From positions 1 through 32,000 of the forward strand of contig JASBSB010000001.1 of NCBI GenBank assembly GCA_030149205.1: a stretch of 32,000 bases of DNA. Reading direction: 5' to 3'. The translations under genes were made by a program, and so were the position numbers. The notes under the pieces are model-generated. The model was not told where the DNA came from. It searched no databases and worked only from the letters and a program-made list of their open reading frames with translations. The DNA comes from Candidatus Heimdallarchaeota archaeon. GTDB lineage: Archaea > Asgardarchaeota > Heimdallarchaeia > Heimdallarchaeales > Kariarchaeaceae. Positions 18,901 to 26,763 of this stretch are shown one piece after another; the first letter of the stretch is position 1, and every line of letters starts with the position of its first letter.

Positions 18901-19157
18901 ACCAGAGCTATTTTTCCTTTGCTCAATGGTTGTTTAGAGACTGGAGCTTGATTTAGAACAGGTTCGTTTGAGTTCTTTGTGGCAACTAATGTTTCCACTC
19001 CATTTCCATCTGTTTCATAGACCTTGTAGCTTACACCCGTATCAAAAATCGAGGTTTTCTTTGCAATGGTAGGCTGAAAGCTATTTGCTGAGGTCTGTAT
19101 TATCAAAATATACAGAAGGAATGAGATTACTATAATTACAGGAAGTTTCTTCCTCAT
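15966..19157 (-). CDS. Large cell-surface protein: signal peptide, FG-GAP/VCBS-type Ca-binding repeats, beta-trefoil-like insert, Ser/Thr-rich C-terminal region, C-terminal TM anchor
   Basis: MRKK plus hydrophobic N-terminus; repeats GDVDGNFRSDL, NLDNDIMNEF, GNLDSDSSQEL, GDYNNDSVSEI, DINQNKESEL, GDINQDTIPEM, GDSNGD; C-terminal WIVIPTFLIALPVVMKRKRR. Confidence 0.85.
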   Translation of the reverse strand: MRKKLPVIIVISFLLYILIIQTSANSFQPTIAKKTSIFDTGVSYKVYETDGNGVETLVATKNSNEPVLNQAPVSKQPLSKGKIALVGSNELMASVWRQIDYANFPGDLGYSIISSRNKPNFNYSQELAKTVVGPNIMSNGDEARPSNVANGDVDGNFRSDLIMAFTTTYKCTGCPDVGIQLRVIETWGPKDKSFLINNYANPFGGAQNYPGSSNIQIPQILTLNLDNDIMNEFVVMGVENGKTTIWVFDDLMNSVIPGQIAYGQDISLRTKSGSARYISGSTSNTLATTELPGLNKAEAGQKFTLINPFNKNDNSTIRYGQTFALKSTSGNYWSVNNQTGALSLQNVTKLNSLEMFSFEGDTTSSSLSGGVYINTFGTIKSKTGVYVKGNYGTITTEVPQGATPLEIYKISNSSALPNNFGNGPKFIKKIQLPQITYSMQNTGDFDIEYFGTKSMSAGNLDSDSSQELVISGIDAQKKPHVIVLDDKSTDFKILKDLTWDQVNMGVQATVGDYNNDSVSEIAVIKSDKNLGSVLIYGNKLNNFVLEKSLIADNPTFKGTIPRIYSYDINQNKESELFVLLPDMTLHMFAGKSQSYKSLFTGKVDYYPGNSKNGDLPGNYGMWGELGFGDINQDTIPEMTTSFSYGNSGYGIKVYQWDGTQFKLLDQFFQTHDSRYVIHISIGDSNGDKFTLEYTDQFGQFKTGGEIMVVAAAPPSQEGTSQNFASTGSTFGKSVTNSKTAENEVTSSYGAYAQAQIKPTFFDVFEVGGEFQYNFNEEFTKTNTKTTTIIKTDDFSGGYKDDFVVYTTTIIDYYVYRILDSQDPRLIGTNFTLNVPRAPSLLLETIQYYNAHKNTADVELGSNLFKHVPGYVPSYHNKSYFTNFISNPILSTQRTVGQGGGSQGVQIDLSTEKATGFTYSVSEDYSLGGGATLFGIGGGGGATWGITKTGSHSTAVGQNTAFRGDIGSISNPQEYTDLQYSFGMAVYQTSLKKLGKTQSFYVMNYWVDLPLNWGANLVPKAKSVQSAAGQVESLANSLPFNWIVIPTFLIALPVVMKRKRRLRL

Positions 19158-19179
19158 TAGAGGTCAAGAATTTTACTTA

Positions 19180-19187
19180 TTTATATA
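19180..19187 (-). promoter_or_regulatory. Putative TATA box (TATATAAA) of the surface-protein operon
   Basis: Ends 23 nt upstream of the ATG at 19157, consistent with a leaderless mRNA. Confidence 0.55.
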
Positions 19188-19416
19188 CATTTCCTGTAGT
19201 TTAAATTGAATTCATTATTCCAAATAGACCTAAGGGACATATAATCAATCAGTTATTTTCTTGAGACCCATATAGATCTTCTAAGCATCCCAAAAAATAT
19301 GAGTAGAATTTGCCTAGATAGCCATGAAGTGTAGTATGAATGTAGCCACTAAAGTGACTATGAATGTTAAAAATTTGATGAAATCAAAATTAAGTTCGTA
19401 ATTCTGTGCTATTTTT

Positions 19417-20256
19417 TCAATATTTATTTAGAAGATTTATGGACAAAACCGTAACCAACAAACTCATTATTGCTAATACTCCTAAAATTGTATTAATTTT
19501 TTTCGAATATCTGTTGATATTTGAGGGGTCAACAGGTCTTTGGATTATAAAGACTAAACCCACGAGGAAAATTGGTAGGAAGATGATTGGTAGAATTTTA
19601 GTAATAAAACCATAAAGGCTAATGAAGATCATTGTAAACTGTAACATCCTGTAAACCCTTAAGGTGGATTTAAATCCAAGCAGATGTGCGAATGTGGTAT
19701 AGTGTTTAGAATCAATTTCAAAATCACGAAGCTGACCTGCAATTTGACCTGAAATTGAACTTAAAAGCAGAACAGATAAAATTAAGAGATCAATGTTTTG
19801 AAATTTCAAGTTCATTAGATAGATGACAACAATATAGGGAGCGAATTGTACAAAAATCCCATGTATAGCAATATCAAAACCAGGACGTTTTTTGAACTGA
19901 AATGGTTTCATAGAATATGAGTAAACACCGAACATCAGGATTGCCAATACTATAATTCCCTCAGTATTAAACAGTAAAAATACATAAATGAATCCTATAA
20001 TAAGTGTTAATGTAACAATAATAAGAAGAGAGGCTGGAAGCTCATATATCACAAAAAAATTCTTCTGCCTTTTGTTTGGGTCTAATCTGTCCTCTTCTCT
20101 ATCAATGTAATCATTCAATGCAAACCCAAATACGTACCCAATGGTTAGCGTAAAAACTAGTAAAAACCCCTTAATGGAATAAGAGGAATTGAAAACCAAT
20201 GGGAGTGATGATATAATAAGGGTGGATGCCCAAATGTCCCGAACTATGCTTAGCAC
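19417..20256 (-). CDS. UbiA-family prenyltransferase
   Basis: Asp-rich motif NDYIDREEDRLD, YSMKPFQFK, second motif QLRDFEID..TT; multiple TM helices. Confidence 0.92.
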   Translation of the reverse strand: MLSIVRDIWASTLIISSLPLVFNSSYSIKGFLLVFTLTIGYVFGFALNDYIDREEDRLDPNKRQKNFFVIYELPASLLIIVTLTLIIGFIYVFLLFNTEGIIVLAILMFGVYSYSMKPFQFKKRPGFDIAIHGIFVQFAPYIVVIYLMNLKFQNIDLLILSVLLLSSISGQIAGQLRDFEIDSKHYTTFAHLLGFKSTLRVYRMLQFTMIFISLYGFITKILPIIFLPIFLVGLVFIIQRPVDPSNINRYSKKINTILGVLAIMSLLVTVLSINLLNKY

Positions 20257-20264
20257 TAAATTGG

Positions 20265-21374
20265 CTATGTATAGACAAAATAAAAGGTTTCATCAAAAAT
20301 TCCATCCAAATTGATATAAGAGTGCCCTTTTGTAAATACATCTGAATCTTCTCCATACGTGTCATGAATTCTTTGAATCGTCTTCTTCATTGAGTTTCTA
20401 ATGAGACTGGAATCTCTCTTAACAAAAGCTGCAATGAAAAAATTGCTTGACCAATTTAAAAGAATAAGCTGGTTATCAAACTCAATAGTTTTTGGGTAGA
20501 CCTCTGTGTTATAGAAATCACTCATTACTGTAAAAATTGCTGAAAGAGCACCTGAGATCAACATTGTCGGTGTGTCTGCATCTTTACTTTCAAATTCCTT
20601 ATAGCTTTTGAGTAACCCACTGTTGTTTACTACAATTATTCTTTCTATCTTTTCAGGTAGAACGAATACTATCCTAGGGTCGATTAAATAGGCATAGGTT
20701 AAACCTCCCATGGTAATCGTTAAGTTTATGAACGCTATAGATATAAGACTCCTCTCCACAAAGTTTCCAAGTATTAAAATTGGAATCTGTGACAAAAGTC
20801 CATAGTACGTAAAATAGGTAATGATCTTCATTTGCTTTGTCAGAGTTTCGTTGGTGTTTACCAAGCTTTGGTTAAGAACTCTAAGGTCTTTATAGACATA
20901 ATAGAGAAGAACAATTAAGAACAGGACATTAAAAACATTGATGACCATAAACACCTCATCGTATAACGAGACGTTTTTTTGAATAGCAATGAGGATCAGG
21001 GGTACATAACCCGCAATGATTAGCATCGTGAAGGAAATCCAAATAGTCATCCTTTTCCATTGAATGTGTGGATAGATAAGCAGGGTATAAAATGTGGAAA
21101 GAAAGCTTAATCCTAATACAATTCCTACGTTACTAATCCCTGAAAGGATCCCAAATGGGAGCATAAACTCAACTTGTTTTTTAGGAAAATACGGAAAGTA
21201 CATTTCTTCAATGTAGACTGATAATATCCAAATCATTGTGGTGAGTATTGCAAAAAATAGTAACCAGTTCATTTTCACCTTTGCCTGTTCTCTGCGACGC
21301 AATATAATAACCGAAATAGCGACTGCTAATGTCATAGATACATAGAACATTACTTGTGAAAAAAACGGTAACAT
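20265..21374 (-). CDS. 7TM membrane protein with cytoplasmic C-terminal longin/roadblock-like domain (paralog A; likely start MLPFF at 21374)
   Basis: Seven hydrophobic segments, then a soluble domain of about 130 aa (IIVVNNSGLL..LISGALSAIFTVM..ILL..FFIAAFV..IRNSMKKTIQRI). Fold assignment by pattern only. Confidence 0.65.
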   Translation of the reverse strand: MLPFFSQVMFYVSMTLAVAISVIILRRREQAKVKMNWLLFFAILTTMIWILSVYIEEMYFPYFPKKQVEFMLPFGILSGISNVGIVLGLSFLSTFYTLLIYPHIQWKRMTIWISFTMLIIAGYVPLILIAIQKNVSLYDEVFMVINVFNVLFLIVLLYYVYKDLRVLNQSLVNTNETLTKQMKIITYFTYYGLLSQIPILILGNFVERSLISIAFINLTITMGGLTYAYLIDPRIVFVLPEKIERIIVVNNSGLLKSYKEFESKDADTPTMLISGALSAIFTVMSDFYNTEVYPKTIEFDNQLILLNWSSNFFIAAFVKRDSSLIRNSMKKTIQRIHDTYGEDSDVFTKGHSYINLDGIFDETFYFVYT

Positions 21375-21532
21375 TATTGTAGTATAAGCTTCATGGTTTT
21401 TAAATTTACACACCTATCAATAGAAAATATTCTGAAGAATAATACGAATAAATATTCTATTAAAAAAATATTAGATGAAAAATTTCCTTTGGCTCGGAAT
21501 AACTCTTTATACTAAATATAAAAACTATATTT

Positions 21533-22786
21533 GTGTCCTTAAAAGTCGCTGTGATTGGGTCAGGAATTACCGGTCTTTCACTTGCTTATTTTTTAAAGGA
21601 TGAAGAAATTGAACTTCAGGTGTTTGAAAGAGGGGACAGAATAGGAGGAAGAATAAAGACAGTTGAATTTTCTGAAGAACTAGTTGAAATTGGGGCTGTT
21701 TACTATCATTCCACAAATAAACTTGTTTCAGAATTAGTTAATGATTTTAATTTAAATTTTAAACCACTTGAAAGGCAGCGTGTAGGTCTCTGGGATGGTG
21801 AGAGATTTGTGTTTAAGACAAGCAATTCAGAGCTTTTAACTCAATTGAAGATGCTCTGGAAGTTTGGTTTTGGTATAACAAAGTTAGGCGGTCTTATAGG
21901 TGAAGTCAAGGATATGAACTCTTCATTTTATACTGGGTTACCCTTCACGACCGTTGAGGAATTTCTTGGAGATGGTATGATGAGAAAATCAACTTCTGAA
22001 ACAGTGGTAAGGTACCTAAAGTCTAGAGGATTTTCAGATAAAATTATTCAGAACCTTGTGTTACCAACTCTGAGATATGTGTATCATCATGCTGGATCAA
22101 GTGATTCTAATGCTTTTTCAGGAATTGTATCCTTGATCGCATATGACAGTGATCCTGTTTATTATCTTCCAGAGGGAAATTTTGCGCTTATCGAAAATTT
22201 AGCATCAAAAATTTCAAAAGTACATCTTAATTCACCAATAGAGAAGATTGAACAGCTTGAAAATGGTGTAATGATAAATGATGAACTAAAATTTGATATG
22301 GCTGTGATTTGTACCCCATTGGAGATAAGCAACATTGAACTGACAAATGTCAACAACAAGGGATTGATGATAAATACCTTTAAAGGATATTACAAGACAC
22401 TTGTAAAAGGATATCCAAATCTGGATTATTTTGGTACTAAAAGTATGAACGATCTTCCCCCAATGATACTCACAACGATGACATCACCATTTTATGGATT
22501 TGAAAAAATTAGAGATTCAACCATAGGAGGTGACATTTATGAAATCACCTCATCAACCCAACTTTCAGATGACATCTTAAATAATCTATTTACCAAAATT
22601 GAGATTAGCCAATCCTTTGAATTGCCTTACACATTTGCTGATTTAAAGGTTAAAAACTCATTTCCCCCGATTATAATTAGTAAGGACATCTACTACGCAA
22701 ACGCGATGGACACAATTATTGCAACAATGGAATCATCCGTGTTAATGGGTCTAAACATCAGTAAGTTAATAATGGAGCGAACATAA
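21533..22786 (+). CDS. FAD-dependent oxidoreductase resembling prenylcysteine oxidase/lyase (PCYOX1 family)
   Basis: GxGxxG (VIGSGITG), ERGDRIGGRI, EIGAVYYHSTN, VGLWDGERFVF, MLWKFG, GFSDKIIQNLVLP, NAFSGIVSL, TLVKG, IYYANAMDTIIATMESSVLMGLNISKL. Confidence 0.75.
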   Translation: MSLKVAVIGSGITGLSLAYFLKDEEIELQVFERGDRIGGRIKTVEFSEELVEIGAVYYHSTNKLVSELVNDFNLNFKPLERQRVGLWDGERFVFKTSNSELLTQLKMLWKFGFGITKLGGLIGEVKDMNSSFYTGLPFTTVEEFLGDGMMRKSTSETVVRYLKSRGFSDKIIQNLVLPTLRYVYHHAGSSDSNAFSGIVSLIAYDSDPVYYLPEGNFALIENLASKISKVHLNSPIEKIEQLENGVMINDELKFDMAVICTPLEISNIELTNVNNKGLMINTFKGYYKTLVKGYPNLDYFGTKSMNDLPPMILTTMTSPFYGFEKIRDSTIGGDIYEITSSTQLSDDILNNLFTKIEISQSFELPYTFADLKVKNSFPPIIISKDIYYANAMDTIIATMESSVLMGLNISKLIMERT

Positions 22787-22863
22787 TTCTAAAAGTATTC
22801 ATTTGTGATATTCGAGCTTAGACGATATATATTCATTACTTATGTTAACTTATCCAAAAGTGA

Positions 22864-23976
22864 TCATGCATAAACAAAATAGAAGGTTTCATTAAATATA
22901 TCACTAAGATCCAAACCTTGGTAAGACTTAACTAAAATCTCAGGCGTCCTTGCGTATTTCTTTATGATTTCGGTTACCGTATTCTTCAGTGAGCTTCTCA
23001 GCAAGGTAGATTCCCTTTTTACAAAGGCTGCAACAAAAAATGTATCAGACCATTCTAGTAGGATTAAGTTATCTTGAAATTTTATGGTGTTGGGATACAC
23101 CTCTGAGTTATAAAAGTCACTCATGACAGTAAATATTGCTGAAAGAGCACCAGATATAAGAGAGGGAGGCAAATTATCATTTGGTTTTACAAAGTTTTTC
23201 TCATGACGAAGAACCCCATCATGACCAACCACAATCACCTTTTCAATTCTTTCTGGAAGAACAAATACTATCCTAGGGTCTATAACATAGGTATAGACCA
23301 ATGCAACCAGAGATATTATGAGGGTAATGAATGCCACTGAGATGAGATTTCGATCAATAAACCTAGCAATTATCAAAATCGGGATGATAGGGATGATCCC
23401 CATTAGAATTGAAAATGTGAGAAATCTTACCTGTGTGTCTAGGGTTTTGTTTCTTCCCTTCAGGTTTTCACGTAAGAACCTTAAATCTCTCATCAACACA
23501 TAGATAGCCAGACCAAGAAACAAAAGATTGACAAAGTTTGTAAGCAATGCAATTTGATTGAAGAGCGATACATTTCTTGTTGGTGCAACATAAAACAGGG
23601 ATATATACAAAGTAAAGACAACAATATCTAGAGTAACTAGAAACCCTGTCCAAATGATATCGATGGTCGGACTTATCAACAACTGAACAAACATTGTCAG
23701 GAAAATGATTCCTGTTAGTATGCCAACATTACTCGTAAAAGCTAGAATCGTGAAGGGAACCATTAGGTTAGGATCATTGGTTTGATAATATTGAAAGTAA
23801 GTTTCCTGAAGATATGTGGATGTGATCCAAAATATAACACTCACAATTGTAAGGATTAACAACCAATTCATTCTGATCTTCACTTGTTGCCTGTTTCTTA
23901 ATATAATTCCAAGAACCAGTATTCCAAGTACCACAGAAAAAAATGAAAAAAACTGGAAGACTCCGGACATTACCAT
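22864..23976 (-). CDS. 7TM membrane protein with C-terminal longin/roadblock-like domain (paralog B)
   Basis: Collinear with 20265-21374; identical 18-aa block LISGALSAIFTVMSDFYN; shared ILR.R.Q.K..MNWLL, DPRIVFVLPE and F.ETFYFVY. Confidence 0.7.
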   Translation of the reverse strand: MVMSGVFQFFSFFSVVLGILVLGIILRNRQQVKIRMNWLLILTIVSVIFWITSTYLQETYFQYYQTNDPNLMVPFTILAFTSNVGILTGIIFLTMFVQLLISPTIDIIWTGFLVTLDIVVFTLYISLFYVAPTRNVSLFNQIALLTNFVNLLFLGLAIYVLMRDLRFLRENLKGRNKTLDTQVRFLTFSILMGIIPIIPILIIARFIDRNLISVAFITLIISLVALVYTYVIDPRIVFVLPERIEKVIVVGHDGVLRHEKNFVKPNDNLPPSLISGALSAIFTVMSDFYNSEVYPNTIKFQDNLILLEWSDTFFVAAFVKRESTLLRSSLKNTVTEIIKKYARTPEILVKSYQGLDLSDIFNETFYFVYA

Positions 23977-24169
23977 GTATATTTAAAGAAAATATTTCTC
24001 ACATTTAAACTTAAGTAAGCAATTTGGGGTATTCGGCGAAAATTTATTGATTTCAACAAATGATAAATGATTCATTTTGAGTTGAATTCTTTTAAAAAAT
24101 ACAAATTTGATAGTTTTTATTTCATTCAAAAGAAATAATATTTAAAAGTGAAAGGAGCATGTGCTATAC

Positions 24170-24589
24170 ATGAATGAAAACAGTATCAAAATTTCTACTA
24201 TAATACAAAGCGATTTATCAACTGTATGGAAATCATGGGTTGAACCAAAACATATTGAGAGTTGGGCTGCGGCCAGTGACGATTGGCATGCCTCTGATGT
24301 AAGTAATGAGCTAAAACTAGGAGGGAGGTTCAAAACACATATGGCTGCGAAAGATGGATCTGCTGGATTTGATTTTTCAGGAACTTACACCAGTGTTGAG
24401 GAGAAAAAAGTGATTGAATACAATTTAGATGATGGAAGAAAAGTTAGTGTCCGCTTTTCTCCAAAGCGCAATGGGGTTGAAGTGGTGCAGATGTTCGAAC
24501 CAGAGCAAGAAAACTCTCGAGAGATGCAGCAACAAGGATGGCAAGCAATTCTTGATAACTTTAAAAAGTACACAGAAAAGTTAGAATAA
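24170..24589 (+). CDS. SRPBCC/AHSA1 (START-like) domain protein
   Basis: VWKSWVEPKHIESW, GGRFKTHMAAKDGSAGFDFSGTY, FEPE..N..EMQQQGWQAILDNFKKY. Confidence 0.92.
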   Translation: MNENSIKISTIIQSDLSTVWKSWVEPKHIESWAAASDDWHASDVSNELKLGGRFKTHMAAKDGSAGFDFSGTYTSVEEKKVIEYNLDDGRKVSVRFSPKRNGVEVVQMFEPEQENSREMQQQGWQAILDNFKKYTEKLE

Positions 24590-24782
24590 GAGCATTAACT
24601 TGAGAAGCATTACTCCGCTTGAAATAGAGAACAATGTTGAAACTAAACAGATAAGACATTAAACACCAATGAAATAGAAACCACAAATTTGTGGAATAAT
24701 GGACAAAAATGTACTTTTCTAGAGAAAATACAAAATTCTGTCCCGATAGGATTTTGATGAATTACTTTCCTGTAAGGATATA

Positions 24783-25883
24783 ATGTTAAGTGAATCTTCA
24801 CCTGTAACTAGCCAAGAGATAGGGTCACAAGATTTCCAATATCTAATTGAAAAGACTCTTGATGGAAATGGATTAAATTTTGAGGAATCCAAGTTATTAA
24901 TGCGGTTTATAATGTCAGGTGAATTGAATCAGATACAAACCAGCGGGATTCTCACCGCATTAAGGTCCAGGCTTGAGACAGCAGAGGAAATAGCCGGATT
25001 TAGCTCAATCATGCTTGATAAAGCAAGAAGAATTCAATATAATGGAGTTTTACCTTTAATAGATATTGTCGGTACAGGAGGTTCGAGATTCAAAACTTTC
25101 AATGTTTCCTCAACATCGGCGATCATTCTTTCGAGCCTTGATATAGCTGTGGCAAAGCATGGTAATCGAAGTAGCACCAGTAAATCAGGTTCTGCAGACT
25201 TTTTTGAAGAATTGGGGGTTAACATTCATGTAGATCCTAAAAAATCTGAAGAAATATTAAATAAGACAGGATTTGCTTTCATGTTTGCCCCCTTATATCA
25301 TCCAGCGATGAAGTTTGTTATCCCTGTCAGAAAACAGCTAAAAATACGAACAATATTCAATTTACTTGGTCCATTAACCAATCCGGCACAGGTTAAATCT
25401 CAGGTTACAGGTTTGTTTTCGCGAAAACTTCTTATGCCAGTTGGTGAATCACTGAAAAAGCGTGGATACGAGAACGTAGTACTTGTCAGTAATGAAATTG
25501 GGGCAGATGAATTTATTCCTAAGGGTATCAACCATGTAGTTGAGTTAAGAAACAATGAATTATTTGAAACTAAACTTCAAGCAAAAGATTTTGGATTACC
25601 AGGAATTGAATTGAAAGTTGTTCAAAACCGTAGCTCAGTGGAGTCTGCTGAGTTAGCAGTGAGACTCTTTCTTGGGGAGAACCATCCGATTCTTCCTTTC
25701 ATTCTTATGAACAGTGCTGTTGGATTAAAGGTTGCTGGAAAGGTAGATTCTTACCCAGAAGGTGTGGATATGGTTCAAGAGCAGCTTTTTAGTGGAAATG
25801 TTATAGATAAATTGCTTGAAATTGTTAAGACTACAGAAGGGAATAGTGAAAAGTTGAAAACATTAATTGAAAGGTTTGAATAA
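24783..25883 (+). CDS. trpD: Anthranilate phosphoribosyltransferase
   Basis: DIVGTGG..TFNVS, AKHGNRSSTSKSGSAD, FMFAPLYHPAMK, RTIFNLLGPLTNP. Confidence 0.96.
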   Translation: MLSESSPVTSQEIGSQDFQYLIEKTLDGNGLNFEESKLLMRFIMSGELNQIQTSGILTALRSRLETAEEIAGFSSIMLDKARRIQYNGVLPLIDIVGTGGSRFKTFNVSSTSAIILSSLDIAVAKHGNRSSTSKSGSADFFEELGVNIHVDPKKSEEILNKTGFAFMFAPLYHPAMKFVIPVRKQLKIRTIFNLLGPLTNPAQVKSQVTGLFSRKLLMPVGESLKKRGYENVVLVSNEIGADEFIPKGINHVVELRNNELFETKLQAKDFGLPGIELKVVQNRSSVESAELAVRLFLGENHPILPFILMNSAVGLKVAGKVDSYPEGVDMVQEQLFSGNVIDKLLEIVKTTEGNSEKLKTLIERFE

Positions 25884-26763
25884 TTTGAATAGTTCTATAT
25901 CTATCAATTCTGGAAGAAATTCAGGACACCTTCAAAAGTTTCTTAGAAACGCTGAATCTTTAATTGAGTCTGGCTATTATCTTAAGGAAACAGCCCCTGA
26001 CTCTTTGGTTTTGAATCACAAGGGTAACAAGTCTAGAAGTTTTGTTTCAGCTATCAAGGAAAAAAGGTTTATCTTGATTTCAGAGTTAAAGCAGTCCTCT
26101 CCCAGTCATTCAAAGAAATATTTTCCTGACAATATGATTATAGATAGATCAACCACATTGGTCAAGTATTCAGATGCAATTTCTATTTTAACTGAACCTA
26201 ACTTCTTTTCAGGAGAGCTAAACCGTCTAAGTAAGTTTCAAAATTCTTCAAAACCAGTGTTAATGAAAGATTTTATTATTTCGAAGGAACAGATTCTTGC
26301 GGGAATTTCAGCGGATGCATTTCTGTTGATTAAAAGAATCCTCTCTCCTGATTCTCTCCTCGAACTGGTAAATTTTATCAATAAATTAGATAAAGAATGT
26401 ATTATAGAGGTAGATAGCGAGTCTGATTTTGTGAATTTGTTAAACTTAAAGTTTAATGGAGTATTGGCTATTAACAATCGAAATTTGGCAACATTAAAAA
26501 TTGACCAAAATTTAGCAAGCAGAATATTTAAAGAATATGAACCTAAAAGACCTGTTTTGAGCTTTTCAGGAGTAAGTGACCCAACAGATGTCGAGAATAT
26601 TGTTGGTTCAGGTTTAAGTGGAGTTCTAATCGGGACAGCATTATCTAAATCAAGAAACCCAGGGAAACTTTTGGAAAGATTTAACACAATAATAAAATCC
26701 AGTCTTACGAAGAATCAAGAGAAGAGCAGTTTAACTATAAAGGAAAGAGGTGCAATTAATTGA
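25867..26763 (+). CDS. trpC: Indole-3-glycerol-phosphate synthase
   Basis: ISELKQSSPS, ISILTEPNFFSG, PVLMKDFII, IIEV, INNRNL, LIGTAL. Confidence 0.92.
   Translation: MKGLNNLNSSISINSGRNSGHLQKFLRNAESLIESGYYLKETAPDSLVLNHKGNKSRSFVSAIKEKRFILISELKQSSPSHSKKYFPDNMIIDRSTTLVKYSDAISILTEPNFFSGELNRLSKFQNSSKPVLMKDFIISKEQILAGISADAFLLIKRILSPDSLLELVNFINKLDKECIIEVDSESDFVNLLNLKFNGVLAINNRNLATLKIDQNLASRIFKEYEPKRPVLSFSGVSDPTDVENIVGSGLSGVLIGTALSKSRNPGKLLERFNTIIKSSLTKNQEKSSLTIKERGAIN

Noticed and set aside
21425-21458. Twin AAATATTCT motifs in the divergent promoter region
   Set aside because: Low complexity in AT-rich DNA; cannot be distinguished from chance.
24757-24783. uORF MNYFPVRI overlapping the trpD start (TAATG)
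   Set aside because: No Trp codons and no attenuator hairpins, so no support for attenuation.
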